Notes: generated from the letters alone by a model not told the origin. Positions 36,486-45,415 are shown, counted from the first letter of the stretch. The stretch is DNA of 64,000 nucleotides from Draconibacterium sp. (GCA_047975435.1 JBKEDN010000292.1:18513-82512); one strand, 5' to 3'. Made by a program: numbers and translations.

Positions 36486-39185
36486 ATGACCAAAAAGAAC
36501 AACAAAACAACCTTTGGCACTTTGGCGCTGGCCATGTTTTGGCTGGTGGTCCTTTCGGGTGTTGCTTTGGCTATTCCGTTCGATGTAAAAAATCCGTACC
36601 TGAGCATCAGCAACATAATGGTTGTCAATCCATGGGCTTCGTTTACCCGGAATTATCATTACTGGAGTTCCCAGTTTTTTCTGATTTTCAGCCTCATCCA
36701 TTTTTACGAGCATTATCATTACAAGGAAAAAATCGGGTTCAAAAAAGGCATTTCGTTTCGTCTGAGTTTAGCGGTGTTGATTATTTTTTTAGCTATGATC
36801 ACAGGCTTTCTGTTAAAGGGCGATGCCGACAGTCAGCAAGCCCAGCAGATACTGCAAACACTTGCAGAACGTTTGCCACTAATTGGAAAATCGCTGGCCT
36901 TTTCATTGTTAGGCGATCCGGAAAGCTACCAGTTGATTTATGTACACCACATTGCCACCTTCACCATTTTTATAACCATTGCCATGGTGGAACACGGTCG
37001 CAAATTCTGGCCTCCGGCATTGGATTTTGTTGCATCGGCAGCAGGGCTTCTCATCTTAAGTTATCTTTTAAGCGCTCCGCTTCACGACAATCTGAACCCG
37101 GCAGTAAAAGGCCCCTGGTACTTTGTAGGTTTTCAGGAAATACTGCACTGGCTCAAACATCCCGAATGGTCGCTTTTGATCTTTCTGGCGGTGCTTGTAT
37201 TGGTTTATCTCGCCAATTCGACAAGAGGCAAAACCATGTTTTTGAGTAAACGATCATTACTTATTTTTGTCGGTTTGTATTCCATCCTCACCATTGTCGG
37301 ACTATTTTTCAGGGGACAGAACTGGAAGTGGACAACACCGTGGAGCCCGGAATACAAATTTGAAGTGCTTCATAATTTCAGAACGCCAAGGGTAAATTTT
37401 TCACCCGATTTTGAATTGAATGAAGCCATTGCATCTCCGGTAATCCAGGGAAGAAAAGAAAGTTGCCTGGCCTGCCACTCCGGAACACATGGTTTTACCG
37501 ATTCGCACCGGGCCGAAGCAATCGGCTGTATTTCCTGTCATGCCGGAAACCCGTTTGCCACGGGAAAAGAGCAGTCGCACCGTAACATGATCCTTATTCC
37601 GGGAAACCTGGCAAGCGCCCGACAGTCGTGCGGGACCACACAATGCCATCCGCAAATTACAGAGCGGGTACCTACCGGATTAATGGCTACTTTAAGTGGC
37701 ATGATCAGCGTAAACCGTTTTGTTTTTAATGAACAGGATAATCCTGATGAACCGGCACATGTCAGCCAGTTAGGGAATTCTGCTGCTGATGAACATTTAC
37801 GAAACCTGTGTGTGCGCTGTCACCTCGGAAATCCCAAAACCGAAGCGGGGCCGGTAAACGAGTTTAGCCGTGGCGGAGGATGTCTGGCCTGTCATTTAAA
37901 CTACAGTGCTGAAGCGGAAAAAGAACTGGCGGAAAACAACGACGAAATCATGCGGGCACATCCTGAAATAAGCCTGAAAATCACGAACAAGCATTGCTTT
38001 GGCTGCCACAGCCGCTCGGGACGGATTTCGACCAATTACGAAGGCTGGCACGAAACCACACTTACCAAAAACGAAATGCCCGACTCGGTGAATTACCGGC
38101 TGATTGAAGATGAACGTGTATTTGTGAAAAAACAGGAAGATGTACACCACAAATTGGGGCTGGAATGCATCGATTGCCATCATTCGTACGAACTGATGGG
38201 CGATGGCAATCATTATGCACACCAGGAAAACCAGCAGGATGTTCAGTGCTCGGATTGCCACATTAACGGGGAGCCGCGGACCATTGCTGCTGAAGATATG
38301 GACAATGAATCGGCGGTTATTGCTGCACTTCGATTTGGAAATATTGCCGGGAAAAAATTATTGTTGACCGAAAAACACAAGCGGGCGCTAATCAACACTT
38401 TTGTGGAAAACGACTCGGTGTATTTTATCACCAAAAACAGCGGTGTGAAAATGACGATGCGGGCGCCGGCAGCAGTTTGTTCCCGAAACGAGGCCCATTC
38501 CAGCCTGGCATGTTCCAGTTGTCACACTTCGTGGGCACCTACCTGTATTGGCTGCCACAATGCTTACGATTCCAACGAACGCGGATACAACATGATTGAA
38601 AACCGGGAGCAAAAAGGCACCTGGGTGGAATACATCGGGCAATACGAGGCCAAACTCCCGACACTGGGCGTTCGAAAGTCAAAAGACAAAACAGAAGTAG
38701 TTCCGGTAATCCCGGGAATGATTATGACCATTGATATGAAATCATATTCAGGCAACGAAAATGATCCCGAAATTTTCCATCGTTTGTTTGCTCCTGCTTC
38801 TCCACACACCACTTCAGCTAAAGGAAGAAGCTGCGTAAGTTGCCACAACGACCCGGTGGCATTGGGCTACGGAGAAGGCGAGCTTAACTATATGATTATA
38901 AACGGAAAAGGAACCTGGGAATTCAGCTCGCAATATGCAGCTGACCCGCACGACGGACTACCGGCCGACGCCTGGATCGACTTCCTGAAAACCCGTACTG
39001 AAAAGGTGGCCACCCGCTCCGATCTTTTCCCTTTCGACGAGCAACAACAGCAACGCATTCTCACTGTGGGCGCTTGTCTTACCTGTCATGATGAGAAATC
39101 GGCTGTGATGCAACAGAGTTTGAATCATTTTGATGAACTTCTCAAAACCCGGAGCCAGCAGTGTATTCTTCCTGAGTGGAAGTAA
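36486..39185 (+). CDS. Cytochrome b (b6 + subunit IV-like) fused to a multiheme cytochrome c
   Basis: The N-terminal TM region has His pairs H-x13-H (NYHYWSSQFFLIFSLIH) and H-x14-H (HHIATFTIFITIAMVEH), plus a PEWY-like GPWYFVGFQEIL. The C-terminal ~600 aa has 11 CxxCH motifs (CLACH, CISCH, CVRCH, CLACH, CFGCH, CIDCH, CSDCH, CSSCH, CIGCH, CVSCH, CLTCH) and one CGTTQCH. Its start is 1 nt after the Rieske stop. Confidence 0.85.
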   Translation: MTKKNNKTTFGTLALAMFWLVVLSGVALAIPFDVKNPYLSISNIMVVNPWASFTRNYHYWSSQFFLIFSLIHFYEHYHYKEKIGFKKGISFRLSLAVLIIFLAMITGFLLKGDADSQQAQQILQTLAERLPLIGKSLAFSLLGDPESYQLIYVHHIATFTIFITIAMVEHGRKFWPPALDFVASAAGLLILSYLLSAPLHDNLNPAVKGPWYFVGFQEILHWLKHPEWSLLIFLAVLVLVYLANSTRGKTMFLSKRSLLIFVGLYSILTIVGLFFRGQNWKWTTPWSPEYKFEVLHNFRTPRVNFSPDFELNEAIASPVIQGRKESCLACHSGTHGFTDSHRAEAIGCISCHAGNPFATGKEQSHRNMILIPGNLASARQSCGTTQCHPQITERVPTGLMATLSGMISVNRFVFNEQDNPDEPAHVSQLGNSAADEHLRNLCVRCHLGNPKTEAGPVNEFSRGGGCLACHLNYSAEAEKELAENNDEIMRAHPEISLKITNKHCFGCHSRSGRISTNYEGWHETTLTKNEMPDSVNYRLIEDERVFVKKQEDVHHKLGLECIDCHHSYELMGDGNHYAHQENQQDVQCSDCHINGEPRTIAAEDMDNESAVIAALRFGNIAGKKLLLTEKHKRALINTFVENDSVYFITKNSGVKMTMRAPAAVCSRNEAHSSLACSSCHTSWAPTCIGCHNAYDSNERGYNMIENREQKGTWVEYIGQYEAKLPTLGVRKSKDKTEVVPVIPGMIMTIDMKSYSGNENDPEIFHRLFAPASPHTTSAKGRSCVSCHNDPVALGYGEGELNYMIINGKGTWEFSSQYAADPHDGLPADAWIDFLKTRTEKVATRSDLFPFDEQQQQRILTVGACLTCHDEKSAVMQQSLNHFDELLKTRSQQCILPEWK

Positions 39186-39223
39186 TATCAGTTGAAGAAC
39201 GTCCTACATTCGGTGCATCTCAT

Positions 39224-39255
39224 AAAAAAACCTTGAAGATTTTGATTCCTCAAGG
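39224..39255 (-). terminator. Rho-independent terminator after the lipocalin-like gene
   Basis: On the minus strand, accttgagg-aatcaaaat-cttcaaggt is followed by ttttttt. Confidence 0.5.
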
Positions 39256-39308
39256 TCAATAAGTTTATGATATAAACCGAATTTCTGGTAAAACCAAAGA
39301 AAGTCCGC

Positions 39309-39755
39309 TTAATCCATTCGAACATATTTTTCGATGTTGCAATTGTTTTTATCATAATTACCATTTTTGTCAAGTGGAGAAAACAGGTAAACCTGATAAA
39401 GTGTGTCTCCCTTTATTTCGAGATACTGTTGCACTTTCTTTCCCAGAAAGTTGGGAACATTGTGATAGAGCACTTCTTCTGTATAAACATGCCCGGATAA
39501 ATCGTAAGTCCCTCCTCCGTAATTGTTGATAAGTTGCCCACCATTGACACTTTTGCCAACAAACATAAAATATTTATCTGACCAGGTTTTGAGTTGTTCG
39601 CCATTGGCCTGATCCAGGATTGAGATTCTACTTTGTCCGTTTCGGACTAATTCCTGACTGATAAGTTTCCATGTTCCGTTGAGTTTTGTTTTATCGCTTT
39701 TAAAGCTGAAAAGAGCAAAAACTACTGCTAGTAAAATAAGTGTTTTGAGTCTCAT
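39309..39755 (-). CDS. Secreted lipocalin-like small protein (DUF4488-like impression)
   Basis: Signal peptide MRLKTLILLAVVFALFSF, then LNGTWKLIS. The family call is tentative. Confidence 0.5.
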   Translation of the reverse strand: MRLKTLILLAVVFALFSFKSDKTKLNGTWKLISQELVRNGQSRISILDQANGEQLKTWSDKYFMFVGKSVNGGQLINNYGGGTYDLSGHVYTEEVLYHNVPNFLGKKVQQYLEIKGDTLYQVYLFSPLDKNGNYDKNNCNIEKYVRMD

Positions 39756-39852
39756 AATAATATTAAGTTAGATAATTATTTGGTTGGCTTGAAGATAGGT
39801 TTTATTTTTTGTTAATCACAGGTTATATAACATATAAGGCCGCTTTATCTTC

Positions 39853-39887
39853 ACAACAAAAAGCAGCCTCCGAAATACAGAGGCTGC
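39853..39887 (-). terminator. Rho-independent terminator closing the efflux operon
   Basis: On the minus strand, gcagcctc-tgtatttcg-gaggctgc is followed by tttttgttgtg. Confidence 0.6.
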
Positions 39888-39960
39888 AGCATTTCTCATC
39901 GCGTCCTTTTACAGGTTCCGGAAATTAACATCGGTAAACGGGATGAGATATCTAACCTAA

Positions 39961-40680
39961 CTAAACAAATTTTTCGCGTTTTTGCAGATTAAACAAACCA
40001 TAGAGAGTAAACACCAACATACCGATTGCAAGGAAAATCCTGTTCTTCCGGATGGTGCCTTCCCAAATTACTTCGTTCAGGTTGTTGGGAATATCAAAAG
40101 GGTTCAGAAAAGGATTCCACTGCATATTCCGAATAGAATCCTGCAAAATCAGTATTGCAACTCCGATAAGTACCATTGTTACAGCAGTTCCGTTACCATT
40201 TTTTACCACTGTGGAAAACATAAATGCCATGGATCCAAGAAAAACGATCGGAAACATTAACTGATACGCCATCTCCATTATATTCACTTTGTATAACAAT
40301 ACGGAGGCTAAACCCGAGAACAAACCGATAATTAAAAATACCAGTGTGTAAATCATTACCAACCGTACCAGCCATACTTTGTACCGGTAATTAGGTATTC
40401 CAAACAGAATTTCGAGCATCCGGGAATCGTCATCGTTTTGAATCCCGAAAACTGACGGATAAAAGATGAGCAATATTCCGGGAAAAATCAGCAATTCATA
40501 AACTGTTCCATCGGTAATTGTATTGTTTTCCAATACCCGGGTAACGGCAACAAAAAGGAAAAATGCCAAAGCTGCCAGCAAAAACCAGATAAAGCGGTTT
40601 GCAAAAATGATCTTCAGATTGTAACGGATCATCTTAATCAGGATAAATAACCTGTTTTTTATATTGAATTTTGAAGCCAT
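39961..40680 (-). CDS. ABC-2 type membrane permease
   Basis: About 6 hydrophobic helices. Start trimmed to MASKFNIK (ATG 40680), 1 nt after the stop of the RND-ABC fusion gene. Confidence 0.6.
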   Translation of the reverse strand: MASKFNIKNRLFILIKMIRYNLKIIFANRFIWFLLAALAFFLFVAVTRVLENNTITDGTVYELLIFPGILLIFYPSVFGIQNDDDSRMLEILFGIPNYRYKVWLVRLVMIYTLVFLIIGLFSGLASVLLYKVNIMEMAYQLMFPIVFLGSMAFMFSTVVKNGNGTAVTMVLIGVAILILQDSIRNMQWNPFLNPFDIPNNLNEVIWEGTIRKNRIFLAIGMLVFTLYGLFNLQKREKFV

Positions 40681-40681
40681 T

Positions 40682-43600
40682 TTAAACAAAATCTTTAAGT
40701 AAGCATAAATAAGCATCTTCCAGATGAGGAGAAACATTTACCGCATCGGGGGTTGGTTTGTCTTTTGCCAGGCAGCGGACTTTTATATTTTCTCCGTCGC
40801 GCATGTGGTGAACAATCATTTGCTTATTGGCCATGTTATCAAATTCTTTTGCCGGAACCGAAAATTGCCATACAAATTTGTTTCCCATATTAACCATATC
40901 GCTAGGTGTCCCGAAATACTTCAGGTCTCCACGGTTAATTACGGCAACCTGGTTACATGAGCTCGAAATATCTTCGATAATATGCGTTGAGAAGATTACA
41001 ATTCTCTCGCGGCTGAGTTCTACCAAAAGGTTACGGAAACGGATACGTTCGCGCGGGTCGAGGCCAGCTGTTGGCTCATCAACAACCAAAATACGCGGCA
41101 AATTCAATAATATTTGTGCAATTCCGATTCGTTGTTTCATACCCCCTGAGAAGGATCCGATTTTATCATTCCGGCGTTCGTACATATGCACGTTTTTCAG
41201 TACATAGTCCAAACGCTCGTTTCTTACTTTGGTATCCTTTATTCCTTTTAGGATTGCCTGGTAATCGAGAAATTCCCATGCCGACATGTTTTCGTAAGTT
41301 CCGAAAGCCTGTGGCAGATAGCCGATCAATCCCTGCAACTCCTCCCGATACTTTTGTGTATCAAGTCCGTTGATCCAGATTTTCCCGTAGCTCTGTTCCA
41401 GAATACCAGTAATAATTCGCATCATGGTTGATTTTCCGGCCCCGTTTGGCCCCAGTAGCCCAAACATTCCGGTTTTTATTTCAAGCGAAACTCCGTTTAG
41501 CGCCCTGAAAGGTTTCTTACGTTTACCAACCACCGGTATCTGGCGTATCATTGTAAAATAGGCACGGCGCAAACCACCAAGCCGTCCTTCAATACGGGCA
41601 ATGTTCAGGTTCTTTTTCTGAATGTATTCGGCCGAGCTGTAAATAATCAGCAGGATGTACCAGATGATACCTACAAAAATCACCATTCCGAGGTTATCCC
41701 AGTTTTTGAAGAAAACGAAAAGAAAGACTGCCGGAACTCCCCAGAAAATCAGGTTATAAATCCACTTGTTCAATTTCAGGTACAGGTTTTTCCCACTTGC
41801 TTCGTGTTTATTAATAAGCACCTGCTGTACCGGAATCCGTAAGAACATAAGAAAGAAAAATACACCATGAGAAAGAATCCACATCCAAAGCCCGCTTTCC
41901 AGGTAAAAGAATGTAAAATAGACCAGGAATCCGAAAAGAGGCAGTTGCCAAACCATATCGTAAAAATCGCGCAGATGTTTGTAATCGTTTGTTAATCCGG
42001 CACGTTCCCTTATTTTAATTCCCGATTTCCACTCGCGAACAAAACGAGAGTCGCGGTCATAAATCTTTACCAGTTTTTGTACTTTGATCCGGATTGGCTC
42101 ATTTTCGTCGATTACCTTTTCATTGGCTTGGCGAAGGCTTGTCATTACAAATGCAACAACACCCGGCACCAGAATAATGAGGAGCATAAAATCGAGTAAT
42201 TGCCAGAGAAAACTATCTACTTCGAAGTAAACCAGCACTGCACCAACAACAAAAACAGTCAGCATTCCGGCCTTTAAACCCCAATGCAACGATTTTATCC
42301 AGTTTAGCGAATTTTCAAGCCCTGCATAAAGCGTTGGAATAAACACCAGTGTAAGTATTGTACTTAACGAAAGGCCCCCAATTACGGTAATGGCAAACGG
42401 TGCCCCAATAGCGCCAACATATTCAGCCTGTCCCATTGCCAGCGGGAATAAAGCTACAATGGTTGTAATGGCGGTAATAAGAATCGGGCGTACACGCGAA
42501 AGTCCTGCTGTCATTAATGCCCTTGACTTTCGGAAGCCACGTTTTCGAAGAATATTGGTATAATCGATCAGTATAATACCATTGTTTACCACCACCCCAA
42601 TCAGAATAATAAAACCCATTAAAGTGTTGGCATTGAAAAGACTGTTCCCGGTAAAAATAAGTGCCAGGAAAGAACCGATGGCTGCCAGCGGAATCGAGAA
42701 CATCAGTACAAATGGTGTTGAAAGCGATTCGAAAACCGAAGCCAGAATCATCAGGATCAGAATAAAGGCGGCGGCAATCAGAAATTTGAATTCGGAGTAC
42801 TGGTCTTCTTCATGTATAACCTGTACCGCCACTCCCGGAGGCAATTTGTATGCCCCGATAATGTCGTCGATTTCAAGCCGGTAAGCCTCCAGCAGATCTT
42901 TTGAATCTTCTGCTTCACTCACAAAACGGTAATTCAGTTCGATCTGTTTTTCCTGGTTTACACGTGTTATACTGGCCATTCCCTGGGCATATACCAGGTC
43001 TGCCAGGTCCTGCAATTCATAAGTGGCCCCCTGGTTATTACTAATTTGCAGGCGGCGCAAGTCTTCAATTCCTTTTTGCGAATTATCTTCTTCTTCCTCC
43101 CCTTCCGGAAGCTTCTCCTTTATTACAATTTCATATTCTTCTGTTCCTTGTTTGAAATTTACTCCCGAAGTAAATTCACTTGTAAAAGTTCGAAGGTCGG
43201 ATGAGATATTATTTAGTGTAACTCCGTATTCAGTAAGTAAAAGCTGATTAAAAAAGAGGTGCACTTCGGGCCGGTTCCGCGATACACTCACATTGGCCCG
43301 GCGGATTGATTCGAGATCTTCGATGTAATAAAGCAAATCTTCAGCAACGCCTTTCATTACGTCAAAGTTTTCTCCTTTGATAACAATGCGTTCCTGGTTA
43401 CTTCCAATTCCCATAAACTGGGCAAATCCCTGTGATCCGGAGCGTCCTCCTCCGCCACCACCTCCGCCACCGCGGAAACTGGAGCTGGAAGTAGGCGCCT
43501 CCAGGCTAATCTCTGCCTGTGAAATACCTTTTACACGATCTTCCACATCTTTCTTTATTTCGGCAATGCTACGGTCGTCAATGTCTTTGTAATCGTCCAC

Positions 43601-45415
43601 CAGAATAAAGGTCAGAATTGCTTCTTCTTCCTCAATCTTTGAAATCAGGTCTTTCTTTTCCTTTACATCTTCCAACCGGCTTTCCACCTCGGCAACAACC
43701 TTGTCGGTTGCTTCGAGTGTTGAACCGGTGGGCATGGTAACATACACCGAGAATTGTGTTTCTTCCACTTCGCTCAGGTTGTTTACACTTACTGCCAGCA
43801 CAATAAATACGGTTAGGAAGAATACAACGATTGCCCCGATAATGGTTTTTCCCGGAACACGCATACTTGCTTTCAGTAATAAAATGTAAATCTGAATGAT
43901 GCGGTTATTCGTCGTTACTTTCTCGTAAAATATGTTGTGCTGCCGTTTGCCTTTTAAGAGCAAATGTGCGCCCATTGGTATTAGCAACAGGGCAACAAAC
44001 AGCGAAACCATGAGCGTTGAAATAATGGAAACCCCCACATGATTTCCCAGCAGTTTTACCATGTAATCGGTAGAGAATACAAAAGGCAGAAAAACAGTGA
44101 TGGTGGTAAGCGTAGCAGCTAAAATAGAACGCCATACTTCCTGAGTTCCCTGTGTAACAGACTTTTCGGGGCTCATGTGATTCCCCGATAAGCGATAAAT
44201 GTTCTCCAGTACCACAACACTGTTGTCGAGCAGCATCCCGATTGCCAAAACCAAGCCTACCAGTGTTAAGCTGTTCAGCGAAATATTAAAAGCATAAAAC
44301 AGGTTGAAGGCAGTAAAAACCGAGATGGGCATTGCCAGCGCAATAAACGATACAATTCGCATGTTTTTGAGGAACATCCACAAAACAAAAATTGCAAGTA
44401 AACCACCCACCAATGCCAGGTTAATAATCTGATCGATATTTTTCTCCATCGTTTCGGCCAGGTTAGTTTGCACTACAATCTCCACATCTTTTGATGCCAG
44501 CTTTTCATTCAATGCCGCTATCTGGTCCTGTACTTTATGCGACAAATCGATAAGATTGGCCTGCGAGTCGCTTACCAATAACATCGAAACCGCATCGAGC
44601 CCGTTTATACGACTAATGGAAGTCTCTTCCTTTACACCAAAAAACACATCGGCAACATCTTTTAAAAAGATCGGACCGTCGGCCACCACAATATTTTCGA
44701 TGTCTGAAACATTGTCGTACTCTGCCGTTACATGTACAAAGTATTTCTTATCCGACTCGTGCAAATAACCTGCAAAAGTGCGGTTTTGCGAGTTTCCGGA
44801 AATAGCACTACTAATTTGCGCCGGGGTGATTCCGTAGGCTTCGCAGGCAGCAGCATCGTAGGTAACTTCTATCGAGCGCTCTTTCCCTCCGTAAACCGAA
44901 ACAGAGGCTACTCCGTCAACATTTTCGATTTCTGAAGTTATTTCCTGGTCAACAATATTACGAACGCGGTCAACACCACCACTCCCTCGAACCTGCAATT
45001 CCATAAACTGGTTGGTGAGTTGCTCAATATCCACTTTGTTAACCACCACAACAAAATTATCGTCAAGACTGGCACTTGCCATGTCAATCTTTTCCTGCAA
45101 TTTCAGGAATGTATATTTAAAGTTGACGTTTTGTTTGAAATTAACCTGAATGGAAGCCGACTGATTATTAATAAACGACTCCATGCTTTCAATGCCTTCC
45201 ATGGTGCCAATGGCACCTTCAATCGGGATCACTGCCTGGTTTTCCATGTATTTTGGATCTACCTGGGTGCGCGACTGAATCTGCACATAAAGCATGGGCA
45301 GTTCGGCATTGGGCATTAATTCCACCGGAAGCCTTTTATAGGAGATATAACCAAGCATGGTTAACCCTAAAAAGAGCATACTGATGAATATTTTTCTATG
45401 TATGATGAATTTCAT
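40682..45415 (-). CDS. RND (AcrB-type) efflux permease covalently fused to an ABC transporter ATP-binding domain
   Basis: Single 1577-aa ORF. The N-terminal ~1075 aa have RND topology and the TM4 motif IGMLLDNSVVVLENI. The C-terminal part has Walker A GLLGPNGAGKST, a Q-loop (YLPQ), the signature FSGGMKQR, Walker B LVVDEPTAGLD and an H-loop (FSTHII). Confidence 0.85.
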   Translation of the reverse strand: MKFIIHRKIFISMLFLGLTMLGYISYKRLPVELMPNAELPMLYVQIQSRTQVDPKYMENQAVIPIEGAIGTMEGIESMESFINNQSASIQVNFKQNVNFKYTFLKLQEKIDMASASLDDNFVVVVNKVDIEQLTNQFMELQVRGSGGVDRVRNIVDQEITSEIENVDGVASVSVYGGKERSIEVTYDAAACEAYGITPAQISSAISGNSQNRTFAGYLHESDKKYFVHVTAEYDNVSDIENIVVADGPIFLKDVADVFFGVKEETSISRINGLDAVSMLLVSDSQANLIDLSHKVQDQIAALNEKLASKDVEIVVQTNLAETMEKNIDQIINLALVGGLLAIFVLWMFLKNMRIVSFIALAMPISVFTAFNLFYAFNISLNSLTLVGLVLAIGMLLDNSVVVLENIYRLSGNHMSPEKSVTQGTQEVWRSILAATLTTITVFLPFVFSTDYMVKLLGNHVGVSIISTLMVSLFVALLLIPMGAHLLLKGKRQHNIFYEKVTTNNRIIQIYILLLKASMRVPGKTIIGAIVVFFLTVFIVLAVSVNNLSEVEETQFSVYVTMPTGSTLEATDKVVAEVESRLEDVKEKKDLISKIEEEEAILTFILVDDYKDIDDRSIAEIKKDVEDRVKGISQAEISLEAPTSSSSFRGGGGGGGGGRSGSQGFAQFMGIGSNQERIVIKGENFDVMKGVAEDLLYYIEDLESIRRANVSVSRNRPEVHLFFNQLLLTEYGVTLNNISSDLRTFTSEFTSGVNFKQGTEEYEIVIKEKLPEGEEEEDNSQKGIEDLRRLQISNNQGATYELQDLADLVYAQGMASITRVNQEKQIELNYRFVSEAEDSKDLLEAYRLEIDDIIGAYKLPPGVAVQVIHEEDQYSEFKFLIAAAFILILMILASVFESLSTPFVLMFSIPLAAIGSFLALIFTGNSLFNANTLMGFIILIGVVVNNGIILIDYTNILRKRGFRKSRALMTAGLSRVRPILITAITTIVALFPLAMGQAEYVGAIGAPFAITVIGGLSLSTILTLVFIPTLYAGLENSLNWIKSLHWGLKAGMLTVFVVGAVLVYFEVDSFLWQLLDFMLLIILVPGVVAFVMTSLRQANEKVIDENEPIRIKVQKLVKIYDRDSRFVREWKSGIKIRERAGLTNDYKHLRDFYDMVWQLPLFGFLVYFTFFYLESGLWMWILSHGVFFFLMFLRIPVQQVLINKHEASGKNLYLKLNKWIYNLIFWGVPAVFLFVFFKNWDNLGMVIFVGIIWYILLIIYSSAEYIQKKNLNIARIEGRLGGLRRAYFTMIRQIPVVGKRKKPFRALNGVSLEIKTGMFGLLGPNGAGKSTMMRIITGILEQSYGKIWINGLDTQKYREELQGLIGYLPQAFGTYENMSAWEFLDYQAILKGIKDTKVRNERLDYVLKNVHMYERRNDKIGSFSGGMKQRIGIAQILLNLPRILVVDEPTAGLDPRERIRFRNLLVELSRERIVIFSTHIIEDISSSCNQVAVINRGDLKYFGTPSDMVNMGNKFVWQFSVPAKEFDNMANKQMIVHHMRDGENIKVRCLAKDKPTPDAVNVSPHLEDAYLCLLKDFV

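Noticed and set aside
36539-37249. 236-aa ORF in an alternative plus-strand frame inside the cytochrome b region.
   Set aside because: It is Arg/Ser/Cys-rich out-of-frame sequence. The overlapping frame carries the cytochrome b His ligands and TM helices.
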